Shown here: in pieces, positions 8,905 to 17,276 of the stretch | Numbering within the stretch: position 1 is the stretch's first letter | Layout of the letters: each line of letters begins with the position of its first letter | Origin: an uncultured bacterium | GTDB lineage: Bacteria > Patescibacteriota > Minisyncoccia > Moranbacterales > GWC2-37-73 | NCBI GenBank assembly: GCA_903837175.1 | Contig: CAILTR010000101.1 | Coordinates: 1 to 57,358 of the forward strand | Direction: 5' to 3' | Length of the DNA stretch: 57,358 bases | Translations under genes and position numbers: made by a program | The notes under the pieces: model-generated | The model's database searches: none | What the model was told of the DNA's origin: nothing | Seen by the model: the letters and a program-made list of their open reading frames with translations, nothing else

Positions 8905-9125
8905 CCAAGCAAGCTCTAAAGTCGGGTTAATTAGTTTATCTTGCTTTAGTTGAGCCAATAAGTTAAAAATAGTGCAGCCTCAAAGTAGTTAATTGTCAAA
9001 GGGTAAAGTTAAGATTTTTAGGGTGGGTAGCCTTTACAAATAGCCATTTTTAAGTTAGGATAAAAACTGCGAGTTAAAAAAGTCTCCCAGTTTAGTAGCA
9101 TATAATTTTTAGTTTTTAAGAAAAT

Positions 9126-10577
9126 ATGGCCAAAGATGACGTCGCTATCAGATTTAATAAAGTAACCTTTGAATATTCTCACGAAAAGCCGATTTTGGAT
9201 GAGGCCTCTTTTGCACTCCGTCGAGGGACAAAGATGACCCTGATGGGTCAAAACGGAGCTGGCAAGAGTACGATTTTAAATTTAATTACGGGCGAACTAA
9301 AACCAGAAGATGGCTCTATCTACGTTGATAGCGGTCTGACTATCGCCTATGCTAAGCAGGTAATCCCACGGGAGCAATTGGAGCTAACTGTGAAAGAATT
9401 TTTTGAAAAATGTTTTGACGAAAAAATCTATAATCTTGATCCGAAAATCGACGCTGTCCTAGACGCCGTGAATTTACATGCCCCGAAGGATAAAATTATC
9501 AAAGCTTTTTCCGGCGGTCAGCAAGCGCGACTTCTGATGGCTTCCGCCCTGATTCAAAATGCCGAGCTTTTGATTTTAGATGAGCCAACTAATAATTTGG
9601 ATAAAGCTGGGATTGCTCATTTGACAGCTTTCTTAATGAACTACAACAAAACTTGTATTGTAATTTCGCATGATGCCGACTTTCTAAATTCTTTTACAGA
9701 CGGCGTGCTTTATTTAGATGTCTTTACCCATAAGGTTGATCAATACTTAGGGGATTACTATGTGGTAGTAGCTGAAATTGCAGCCCGGATTGAAAAAGAA
9801 AAAATGAAAAATGCTCAGTATGAAAAAGAAATTATTGCCAATAAAGAAAAAGCTAACTTCTTTGCGAATAAAGGAGGGAAGATGAGGTTAGTAGCTCGTC
9901 GGATGCGCGATAAAGCAGCTGAAATGGAAGAAGCGAAAGTGGATGTGCGGAAAGAAGATAAAGCGATTAGAGCGTTTACGATTCCAGTCCAGGAAAATCT
10001 CGGTGGCGAGATTTTACAAATTTCTTCACTGACGGTTATTAAAAATCATGAGCCCGAGGAAAAGCAAGTTAGCGTTTCACTCAAAAAAGATACGCATCTT
10101 CTCTTGGCGGGACCAAATGGGATTGGAAAAAGTACGCTGCTTGAGTCTTTGGCGGATGGCCGGGCCAAGGGCGCAAAATACGCCGAAGGCGTGCGAATTG
10201 GTTATTATCGCCAAGATTTTTCGACGCTTAATTTTGAGGATACCGTGTATGAATCTTTAGCTGGCGCGATGCAAACTACTGACGAAGAAAAGCTGCGGAG
10301 CGTAGCCTCAGGTTTTTTAATTGACGGTAAGCTTATTAATTCAAAGATTGGTACCCTTTCAGAAGGACAAAAGGGGCTAGTAGCTTTTGCGCGTTTAGTA
10401 TTGGAGGAACCAGGCCTGTTAGTCTTAGATGAACCAACTAACCACATTAATTTTCGTCACTTGCCAATTATTGCCCAAGCCCTGAGTAAATATCAAGGCG
10501 CGATGGTTTTAGTTAGTCACGTCGCGGATTTTGTCGAGCAAGTTAGGATTGATGAAACTTTGGATTTGGAGCGATAG
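9126..10577 (+). CDS. ABC-F family ATPase
   Basis: 483 aa; two ABC cassettes (GQNGAGKST, GPNGIGKST; signatures SGGQQ, SEGQK), charged linker, no TM domain. Confidence 0.9.
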   Translation: MAKDDVAIRFNKVTFEYSHEKPILDEASFALRRGTKMTLMGQNGAGKSTILNLITGELKPEDGSIYVDSGLTIAYAKQVIPREQLELTVKEFFEKCFDEKIYNLDPKIDAVLDAVNLHAPKDKIIKAFSGGQQARLLMASALIQNAELLILDEPTNNLDKAGIAHLTAFLMNYNKTCIVISHDADFLNSFTDGVLYLDVFTHKVDQYLGDYYVVVAEIAARIEKEKMKNAQYEKEIIANKEKANFFANKGGKMRLVARRMRDKAAEMEEAKVDVRKEDKAIRAFTIPVQENLGGEILQISSLTVIKNHEPEEKQVSVSLKKDTHLLLAGPNGIGKSTLLESLADGRAKGAKYAEGVRIGYYRQDFSTLNFEDTVYESLAGAMQTTDEEKLRSVASGFLIDGKLINSKIGTLSEGQKGLVAFARLVLEEPGLLVLDEPTNHINFRHLPIIAQALSKYQGAMVLVSHVADFVEQVRIDETLDLER

Positions 10578-10663
10578 AAAACATAATTGTAAAAGTTAGC
10601 GAGGCTTATTTTCATTGACTTTTCCATCATTTAGGTGTATACTTGGTTTATAGCTAAATAGAT

Positions 10664-10702
10664 AGAGCAAAAACGGGTGAAAGCCCGTTTTTGCTCTTTT
10701 TT
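10664..10702 (+). terminator. ABC-F gene terminator
   Basis: 14-bp stem AGAGCAAAAACGGG/CCCGTTTTTGCTCT then TTTTT. Confidence 0.85.
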
Positions 10703-10711
10703 AAAACAAAC

Positions 10712-11362
10712 ATGAAAAAGCCAGTGAAGAAAAATCTTAAAAAAACCCCTAAAGCAAAGAAAACTCCTCACTTTGGCGTTTTTACTTACGGCGAAATTGA
10801 CCCAGCTAAGGGTAAATTGCTTTTACTTGTGTTGGCGATTATCTTTACGGGAACGCTAGCTGTTGTTTCAAGCATCGCCCTGTTAAAGGATAAAGAGGTT
10901 ACCCAAATTGCAGCGCCTTTTATTCGACCGCAAACGCCAATGGAAATAAGAGTCAATGCTCTTGTAGCAGGTTACCCGATTGCGGAAATGACCCCATATA
11001 TTTTTTCCAAGGATCCCAAGGTAGCCGCTTTTATGATCGCGATTGCTAAGAAGGAAAGTGCTTGGGGTAGACGAAGCCCGGTTTTGGCGGGTAGAGATTG
11101 TTATAATTATTGGGGCTTTAGACTCAAAACTGATTCTATGGGTAGTGGTGGGCATACTTGTTTTGATACTCCGCAGGAAGCAGTGGACGTCGTGGCTAGT
11201 CGCATTGACGAATTAGTTAATCAAGAAAAGCTTGATTCACCGAAGGAAATGATTGTCTGGAAATGTGGTTATGGTTGTCAGGATCTGGATAAGACGGCTT
11301 CTGAAAAAAAATGGATTAGCGATGTGGATATTTATTATAGTAAACTTAAAGGCTACTTATAA
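10712..11362 (+). CDS. membrane-anchored GH73-like domain protein (paralog of 7413-8480)
   Basis: AIAKKESAWGRR ... CYNYWGFR ... WKCGYGC ... KKWISDVDIYY aligns along the C-terminal ~130 aa of the paralog; the TTG at 10691 lies inside the upstream terminator, so ATG 10712 is preferred. Confidence 0.7.
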   Translation: MKKPVKKNLKKTPKAKKTPHFGVFTYGEIDPAKGKLLLLVLAIIFTGTLAVVSSIALLKDKEVTQIAAPFIRPQTPMEIRVNALVAGYPIAEMTPYIFSKDPKVAAFMIAIAKKESAWGRRSPVLAGRDCYNYWGFRLKTDSMGSGGHTCFDTPQEAVDVVASRIDELVNQEKLDSPKEMIVWKCGYGCQDLDKTASEKKWISDVDIYYSKLKGYL

Positions 11363-11375
11363 AGGTAGCCTTTTG
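11348..11375 (+). terminator. terminator overlapping the stop of 10712-11362
   Basis: AAAGGCTAC-loop-GTAGCCTTTT. Confidence 0.55.
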
Positions 11376-11487
11376 TTCAAACACATAAGTCCTAAAATAA
11401 TTTTATTTTTATTAGTATGGTGCGTGTAAATATTTTACCCCGCCTTTTTTTGTTTATGAACCTCGGCTTTCTTGGAAAAGAAAAATG

Positions 11488-11496
11488 TGCTATACT
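11488..11496 (+). promoter_or_regulatory. extended -10 element upstream of 11676 gene
   Basis: TGcTATACT; weak -35. Confidence 0.35.
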
Positions 11497-11527
11497 TGGA
11501 AAATGTTAATCATTAAAGAGGAAGTTC

Positions 11528-11673
11528 ACCCTGTTAAATAATTTTAAAAAATTGCTATTTTTTTAAAATTAAAATTTGAATCGAAACAAATAAAACAGGT
11601 GAGGAAGAATATAAAAATTAATTTATAAATAAACTGAACCGCTTATGGGGGTTCAAATTTTATTTAACAGGGT
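11528..11673 (+). promoter_or_regulatory. long-range 14-bp inverted repeat in the leader of the 11676 gene
   Basis: ACCCTGTTAAATAA (11528-11541) pairs TTATTTAACAGGGT (11660-11673), which ends 2 nt before the ATG. Confidence 0.5.
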
Positions 11674-11675
11674 AA

Positions 11676-12050
11676 ATGCAAAACGTTCAAGAAGTTTTTA
11701 ACCATATTAGGGAGATGAAGAAGGAGCAGAAGGATTTGAGGGATATGTATAAAGATGCCTTGGTGCAGGCTGATGAGTATGAGGAAGTAGTAGAAGAGAT
11801 TACTAAGTTACGAGAAAAGAAACAACAAATTGAAGCTAGGATTCAAGCTGAACTCGGAAGGGCTTGGGAGAAGTTCGATGATTTAAAGCGAGAAGTCGAA
11901 ACTGAGAAAGAAATGCTTAATGATATTGCCCTGACAACCTTAATGAAGGGTGAAACCGTGGAGGTCAAAGATGAATTTGATAATCCATACGAACCAACTT
12001 GGAAAGTGAATTTTAAAAAGGCCAACGGGGGGACAACGACGGGGAAATAA
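11676..12050 (+). CDS. hypothetical coiled-coil protein
   Basis: 124 aa, highly charged E/K-rich heptad-like sequence; no family recognised. Confidence 0.55.
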   Translation: MQNVQEVFNHIREMKKEQKDLRDMYKDALVQADEYEEVVEEITKLREKKQQIEARIQAELGRAWEKFDDLKREVETEKEMLNDIALTTLMKGETVEVKDEFDNPYEPTWKVNFKKANGGTTTGK

Positions 12051-12115
12051 GAAGCAAAAGGTAAGTTATAGGCGATGAAAAACATTTGCGCTTCCTATTA
12101 AGAGTCTTTATACTT

Positions 12116-12178
12116 AGTCATCAGTCATCAGTAAGCCGTCATCTTAACCTGATGACTAGTTGCTAATGACTGATGACT
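12116..12178 (+). other. long hairpin built from TCATCAG words
   Basis: 13-bp arms AGTCATCAGTCAT (12116-12128) / ATGACTGATGACT (12166-12178) with inner GTCATC/GATGAC hairpin. Confidence 0.8.
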
Positions 12179-12233
12179 TTTAATTTGTAAGAGAAATCAT
12201 TTTAAATTAATAAATTTATACCTCTAGATTATT

Positions 12234-13220
12234 ATGCTTGAAAAAGAAAATAATTTTTGGCAAAAGTTGGCGGCAGGAAACAAGCCGTTTTTTGTGTTGG
12301 CGCCGATGGCGGATGTAACAGACTATGCTCAGCGACAAATGCTGGCAAAATATGGGAAACCGGATGTGACTTTCACGGAGTTTGTGAGCGCCGATGGTTT
12401 GGTTAGCGAAAAGGGTCGAGCGGTTTTTCTGAAAGAATTACGCTTCGGAGAAAATGAACGTCCAATTGTGGCGCAGCTTTTTGGCGCTAAGCCAGAAAAT
12501 ATTAAAAAAGCCGTGGCTATCATAGCGGAGCTGGGTTTTGACGGCGTCGATCTTAATATGGGCTGTCCAGATAAGGCTGTAATCAAACAGGGAGCCGGTA
12601 GCGCCCTGATTAGAACGCCAGGGTTAGCCAGAGAGCTAATTCGCGCTGCCAAGGAAGGGGCGGGCAAAATGCCCGTTTCAGTCAAGACTCGGATTGGTTT
12701 TTCTAAAAATGAAATTGAAACATGGCTGCCGGAAATTTTAGCGGAAAAGCCAGCTGCCCTGACAGTACATTTACGGACGAAAAAGGAAATGTCCGAAGTT
12801 CCCGCGCATTGGGAATTGGCACCAAAGATAGTTGAAATGGCAAAAGAAGCTAGCGTGGTAATTATTGGCAATGGCGACGTGGTGAGTTTGGCAGATGGAA
12901 AGGAAAAAGCCAGAAAATCTGGCATGGATGGGATTATGGTTGGACGCGGAATTTTTGGCAACCCTTGGTTTTTCAATGAAGAAATTGATATCAAAAATAT
13001 TTCGCTAGCCGAAAAGTTTCGCGTAGCGATTGAGCACGCGAAATTTTTTGAAAAAGAATTAAGCTCTCAGCATATTAAAGGCTATCACGTCATGAAAAAG
13101 CATTTTAAAGCCTACGTGTCTGAGTTTGAAGGCGCTAAAGAGCTTCGCGCCAAACTGATGGAAACCGAGAAGGTCAGTGAGGCGGAGATAATATTGAAAG
13201 AATATCTTAAAAATTTGTAA
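12234..13220 (+). CDS. dus: tRNA-dihydrouridine synthase
   Basis: 328 aa; Dus motifs LAPMADVTD, DLNMGCP, TVHLRT. Confidence 0.9.
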   Translation: MLEKENNFWQKLAAGNKPFFVLAPMADVTDYAQRQMLAKYGKPDVTFTEFVSADGLVSEKGRAVFLKELRFGENERPIVAQLFGAKPENIKKAVAIIAELGFDGVDLNMGCPDKAVIKQGAGSALIRTPGLARELIRAAKEGAGKMPVSVKTRIGFSKNEIETWLPEILAEKPAALTVHLRTKKEMSEVPAHWELAPKIVEMAKEASVVIIGNGDVVSLADGKEKARKSGMDGIMVGRGIFGNPWFFNEEIDIKNISLAEKFRVAIEHAKFFEKELSSQHIKGYHVMKKHFKAYVSEFEGAKELRAKLMETEKVSEAEIILKEYLKNL

Positions 13221-13277
13221 TTTAAAATTTAAAATCAAAACAAAATAAAAAAATGTGCACATAGTATCGGTATTGTA

Positions 13278-13323
13278 CATAGCGTGTCAAATAAATGCAT
13301 ATGCATTTATTTGACACGCTATG
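13278..13323. other. 46-bp perfect palindrome between convergent dus and trmB-like genes
   Basis: CATAGCGTGTCAAATAAATGCAT/ATGCATTTATTTGACACGCTATG, no spacer. Confidence 0.9.
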
Positions 13324-13385
13324 GGAAATATAACGCAGGAATAAAGATGTTTTCTTATTGGAGGTATCTTTTTGTCGGTTCAATG

Positions 13386-13420
13386 TCTCTGACTTGAACC
13401 GTTTTTTCTTTTTAATTATT
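13386..13420 (+). terminator. intrinsic terminator downstream of dus
   Basis: CGGTTCAA-loop-TTGAACCG then TTTTTT. Confidence 0.7.
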
Positions 13421-14144
13421 GACTTAGCCACATAATTTCAAAAATGCTTTTCAAGGTATCGTAAATTTTTTTGCTTTCGATAATCAAGGCGATATTTTCG
13501 CGGTGCGCGATGATGGCAATTTTATCTTTAGAATAGAGATTGATTTCAGCTGAGAAAGTGAATTGATTTGATTTGATAATTTTCATTTGGCGTAGGTGCT
13601 TGGGGTCTTTTTCATTCATGCCGTTCATAAAAGCTGATTGGACGGCAAACATCCGCAGGGGAATTTTCTGGGCAATTCTTTTTTGCATATAATAGTCGAG
13701 GATAAAGGACTTGTCGAAGAAGTCGATCCGGTCATCGGAATACCACCCCAAGATTTCGGTGTCTTTGTATTGCAGGGTGTCTTTATAAACATCTTTGATG
13801 CCTTCGACGCCTTCAAAATAGCGAACTTTGGGTTTGCGTTCCATGGCATTGGCAATTGAAAGCAATTCCGGCATTAGTTTGCTGATGGTTTCAGTTTTTT
13901 CGCGCAGGTGTTCTTCAATTCGCAATGGGTTTTCGGCCAGATAGATGTTATGGCCTTTTCTCTTCACAAGGCTAACATAGCCTTTATTTTTCAGGGCTTC
14001 GATTTCAAGATAGACCGTCGCACGCTTGATGCCCGATTTTTGGGTGATTTTAGCAATATTGCCTTCACCCAATTCCAAAAGAGCCAGATAGACTTTGGCT
14101 TCTTTTTCGCTGAAGCCCGCCTCGATTAAATTTTGGTATAACAT
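13416..14144 (-). CDS. TrmB-family transcriptional regulator
   Basis: 242 aa; N-terminal winged HTH (GFSEKEAKVYLALLELGEGNIAKITQKSGIKRATVY) typical of TrmB. Confidence 0.85.
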   Translation of the reverse strand: MLYQNLIEAGFSEKEAKVYLALLELGEGNIAKITQKSGIKRATVYLEIEALKNKGYVSLVKRKGHNIYLAENPLRIEEHLREKTETISKLMPELLSIANAMERKPKVRYFEGVEGIKDVYKDTLQYKDTEILGWYSDDRIDFFDKSFILDYYMQKRIAQKIPLRMFAVQSAFMNGMNEKDPKHLRQMKIIKSNQFTFSAEINLYSKDKIAIIAHRENIALIIESKKIYDTLKSIFEIMWLSQ

Positions 14145-14166
14145 ATTTTTATATTTTTAGGAAACT

Positions 14167-14300
14167 AAGTTAGAAATTTTTACTTCCCTTGTTTACTTTT
14201 TAGGACACGCTCTTGGCTAGGAACTATAGCCAATCGCTCAGAATTCACTGTCGTTCATAATGGTCTAAAAAGTAAACAAGCTCGTAAAAATTCAAAGGTA
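14167..14300 (+). repeat. structured ~130-nt intergenic repeat, copy 2
   Basis: P1 14175-14183/14284-14292; helix 14189-14203/14265-14279; hairpin TTGGCTA/TAGCCAA 14213-14233; TCGCTCAGAAT tail. Confidence 0.85.
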
Positions 14301-14448
14301 TTATTTAACTAGAGACATGACTTGATTGTGACCCTTTTTTCTTAAAATGATATAAAAGCTGTTACTATTTCATTATACGCTTATTTGGCTTAAAAGTCAA
14401 CTAAATTGGTCTATTTTTAAAGTAATATAGTCAATATTGCAAATATTC

Positions 14449-14476
14449 TTGATATTATTTTTCTTTAGCCTATAAT
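14449..14476 (+). promoter_or_regulatory. sigma70-like promoter for the radical SAM gene
   Basis: TTGATA-16 nt-TATAAT, ~115-nt leader. Confidence 0.55.
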
Positions 14477-14597
14477 AACCAGTTACGATGAATGGTTCAT
14501 TGTGACAAGCTCATTGAAAATTGAATATACTATTTTTTCCTTTTGATTTTTGTGCTCTCCGGCCGGAAGCATAATCAATCAATAAAAGGAGAAAACA

Positions 14598-15725
14598 ATG
14601 AAAAACGAAACTACTAAGCATTATGGCAGGGAAATGAATATTGTCCCTGGTAAACTAATAGACATCTGGATTGCCGTTCCAGCCTATTGCAACCTGGCAT
14701 GTTCGTATTGCTACGCTTGTGGTGGTGAAGCAGTTAAGGTTGATAATATTTTAGTATGGACTGAATTTGAAAAACTTTTGGAGCAAGCTGCCTTAATGGG
14801 AGTTAAGTCGGTTGGAATTCCTGGAGCTGGCGAGCCACTGCTTCCACGTAATCGCGAGCTAACAATGAAAATCCTCACGAAGTGTAAAGAGCTGGGATTG
14901 TATGTGACCCTTTTTACAACAGGGGAATTCATTGATGAGCAAATGGCAGTTGAGCTTTCTAATTTTCCGCTTGAGATTATGCTCAAGTGCAACACGCTTA
15001 ATGCGAAAAAACAGGATCAATTTGTTTCCGATCCAAAACGTGGAAAAATCATCCATGGTTATGGCGAGAAGCGCAACCGTGCTCTTGGGTTTCTTATGGA
15101 CGCAGGCTTTAATGATAGCAAGCTTTGCCAGGAAAAGTTTGGCGAAAAAACAATTACCAGACTTTCGCTTGTGACTTCAATCATGACCAACGAGAGTGAT
15201 TTGAGTAATCTTGATGATATGGTTGAGCTTCTACGCTTTTGCAGAAAAAACAATATCCATCTTGATTGCGATGACATCTTGACCGTTGGGCGTGGGGCTG
15301 GGTGCGAACTTTGCATCGCGGAGGAAAAGTTTCGCGACAAAGTGACTGAGCTTTGCGAAATTGACCACGAAGAATTTGGTCGCGACTGGGAAGTTTCTTC
15401 TGGCTATATCGCCGGCATGGTTTGCGGCAGGTATGCTTATCATCTTTTTGTTGACCAACATGGTGATATCCATCCATGTATTGGAGCTGAGAAAGTTATT
15501 CTTGGTAACATCAAAACCATGACGCTTGAGCAGGCCTGGGAAAGTCCAGTAATGCAAATCATTCGTTCGCGCAATTATGGAGGATCTTGCGCACAGTGCC
15601 TGAATTTTAAAGAGCACAAATGCAATAGTTGCTTGGGCAGGCGGACGAAAAATCTGACGACGGAAAAAATTCTCGCCAGTGGAGAAGTTGAAACAATTGG
15701 TTGCTGGAATTGTCGTAAAGTTTAA
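14598..15725 (+). CDS. radical SAM enzyme with C-terminal SPASM-type domain
   Basis: 375 aa; CNLACSYC (CX3CX2C), GAGEPLL, C-X12-G-X4-C then CAQCLNFKEHKCNSC and CWNC; AAGGAG SD. Confidence 0.9.
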   Translation: MKNETTKHYGREMNIVPGKLIDIWIAVPAYCNLACSYCYACGGEAVKVDNILVWTEFEKLLEQAALMGVKSVGIPGAGEPLLPRNRELTMKILTKCKELGLYVTLFTTGEFIDEQMAVELSNFPLEIMLKCNTLNAKKQDQFVSDPKRGKIIHGYGEKRNRALGFLMDAGFNDSKLCQEKFGEKTITRLSLVTSIMTNESDLSNLDDMVELLRFCRKNNIHLDCDDILTVGRGAGCELCIAEEKFRDKVTELCEIDHEEFGRDWEVSSGYIAGMVCGRYAYHLFVDQHGDIHPCIGAEKVILGNIKTMTLEQAWESPVMQIIRSRNYGGSCAQCLNFKEHKCNSCLGRRTKNLTTEKILASGEVETIGCWNCRKV

Positions 15726-15741
15726 GCAATCAAAACGGTTA

Positions 15742-15777
15742 AAGGCGAGACATTGGATATGTCTCGCCTTCTTTTTT
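15742..15777 (+). terminator. radical SAM gene terminator
   Basis: 12-bp stem AAGGCGAGACAT/ATGTCTCGCCTT then CTTTTTT. Confidence 0.85.
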
Positions 15778-15850
15778 AATTTAGTAAACATGTTGTTAAA
15801 TAAAAAAGCTGTAAAGTTTAGCTAGTTCTATAAAACAAAAAGGAGATACT

Positions 15851-16471
15851 ATGAGTAAAAAATGCAAAGAAAATGGAAACAGTAATTCTATCCTGACAAA
15901 GTATGCCCGGCTTAATTACTGGAGCCAAGTTGATACTAGACCGGTTCCAGCCTGGCTGAATAAATATGAGGTTGGGAGTGGAAGTTTCTTTTACAATGGA
16001 GAGAGAATTTCCTATTCAATCATCAGCAAAGATTTTGAACCGAGGCTTCCTGGTTTCGTTGGCTTTCCAGAAGGGCACCTCTTCATTTCAGAAGAGGTGC
16101 CTAAAGATTACTGGAAATCCATGCTGATTCATGAGTGGCTGGAATTCACTCAGTTTGCCGGTCAAAAAGGTAGATGCGTGAAAGCCTTGAAGCGTGAGTT
16201 GGATTTCGCGCCTAAGGGAGACGGGCGCATGGCGTATCTAAAATACCGAGAGTTATTCTTTGAAGGACTCATTGAATTTTATCGCGACTCTAATGAGGTG
16301 AGCGATGAATTCAAATCGGAAATTCAAGGGAGCTATGAACTGTTAAGAAAACTGATAGCTCAGCTAGAGATAGAAAATCTTCCGGCTGAATGTCTTGGCG
16401 GTCATTCTCTTGCAGAATTCGACAATCTGGATGTCTTTGAAAGAAGAAAGATTATCTTGAGAGAAAAGTAA
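15851..16471 (+). CDS. hypothetical protein, no recognisable family
   Basis: 206-aa ORF with AAGGAG SD 7 nt upstream; contains LIHEWLEF segment; function unknown. Confidence 0.65.
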   Translation: MSKKCKENGNSNSILTKYARLNYWSQVDTRPVPAWLNKYEVGSGSFFYNGERISYSIISKDFEPRLPGFVGFPEGHLFISEEVPKDYWKSMLIHEWLEFTQFAGQKGRCVKALKRELDFAPKGDGRMAYLKYRELFFEGLIEFYRDSNEVSDEFKSEIQGSYELLRKLIAQLEIENLPAECLGGHSLAEFDNLDVFERRKIILREK

Positions 16472-16585
16472 ACGGTCGTTAAATAAAACCCCCAAAGAGC
16501 CTGACCAGCTCTTTTTTTATTGGGCAAAATTTTTATTTAAAAATAATGTGATATAATAAAAAGGTAATTATTAACTTTAAAACTT

Positions 16586-16930
16586 ATGAAAATTATTTTG
16601 CATTGGTTTTTGCGGGCGGTGGCGGTTTTGATTACGGCGTATTTATTGCCAGGGGTTATCTTGGAAAGTTTTTTTGTAGCCCTTGTCGTAGCAGTGGTTT
16701 TAGGATTTTTTAACACAATCCTGAGACCGATTTTGGTTGTGCTGACGTTGCCAATTAATATTTTGACTTTGGGGCTCTTTACCTTTGTCATCAATGCGGT
16801 CTTGGTTTTGCTTGCTAGCAATGTAGTTCCAGGTTTCCATGTGAGTGGATTTTTGACGGCACTACTTTTCAGTGTAATTCTTTCGGTTATTAGTGGGGTG
16901 TTGAATATTTTTGAACCGAAAGAAAAATAG
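16586..16930 (+). CDS. DUF360/YvlD-type (phage holin 4_2 family) membrane protein
   Basis: 114 aa, four TM segments; GFFNTILRPIL and LGLFTFVINA motifs typical of the family. Confidence 0.7.
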   Translation: MKIILHWFLRAVAVLITAYLLPGVILESFFVALVVAVVLGFFNTILRPILVVLTLPINILTLGLFTFVINAVLVLLASNVVPGFHVSGFLTALLFSVILSVISGVLNIFEPKEK

Positions 16931-17276
16931 ATTATAGATGTTAGAGCTTAGATTTTAGAATCACTACGGATTACGAATTTTTAAGAGTCCACAAATCTAC
17001 AAAAATTGAGGGCTAACTTTTCTTTTTAGGAAAGAAAAGTTACAAAAGAAAATCGCACCTGATGAAGATACTGTGGCAAAAACTTCGTTCCTCGCTAAAA
17101 TTCCCGCTGCACTTTTTCTGCTGAAAAAGCTCGCTGAAAATTTTTTAACGCTCATCACTTGTTTTTTGCCTACGTACTTCATATGGTGCAGAAAGAATGC
17201 AAAATGCAAATACAAAAAAGCACATTGTGTGATGGCTTAGGAGAAAACTGAATATGTAAAATACGCAACAAACAAA

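Noticed and set aside
12329-12994. 221-aa ORF antisense to dus
   Set aside because: It lies entirely within the well-supported dus gene on the opposite strand. It has no start context and a low-complexity Ser/Pro/Ala-rich translation typical of antisense frames.
14301-14597. RiPP precursor peptide upstream of the radical SAM gene
   Set aside because: Only trivial ORFs are present (for example MNGSL-stop and a 10-codon TTG frame). None has an SD or a plausible leader/core organisation.
15231-15791. 186-aa ORF antisense to the radical SAM gene, plus other internal ORFs at 14711-15477
   Set aside because: The sense frame carries complete radical SAM and SPASM motifs. The antisense ORFs have no SD or family resemblance and run through the terminator.
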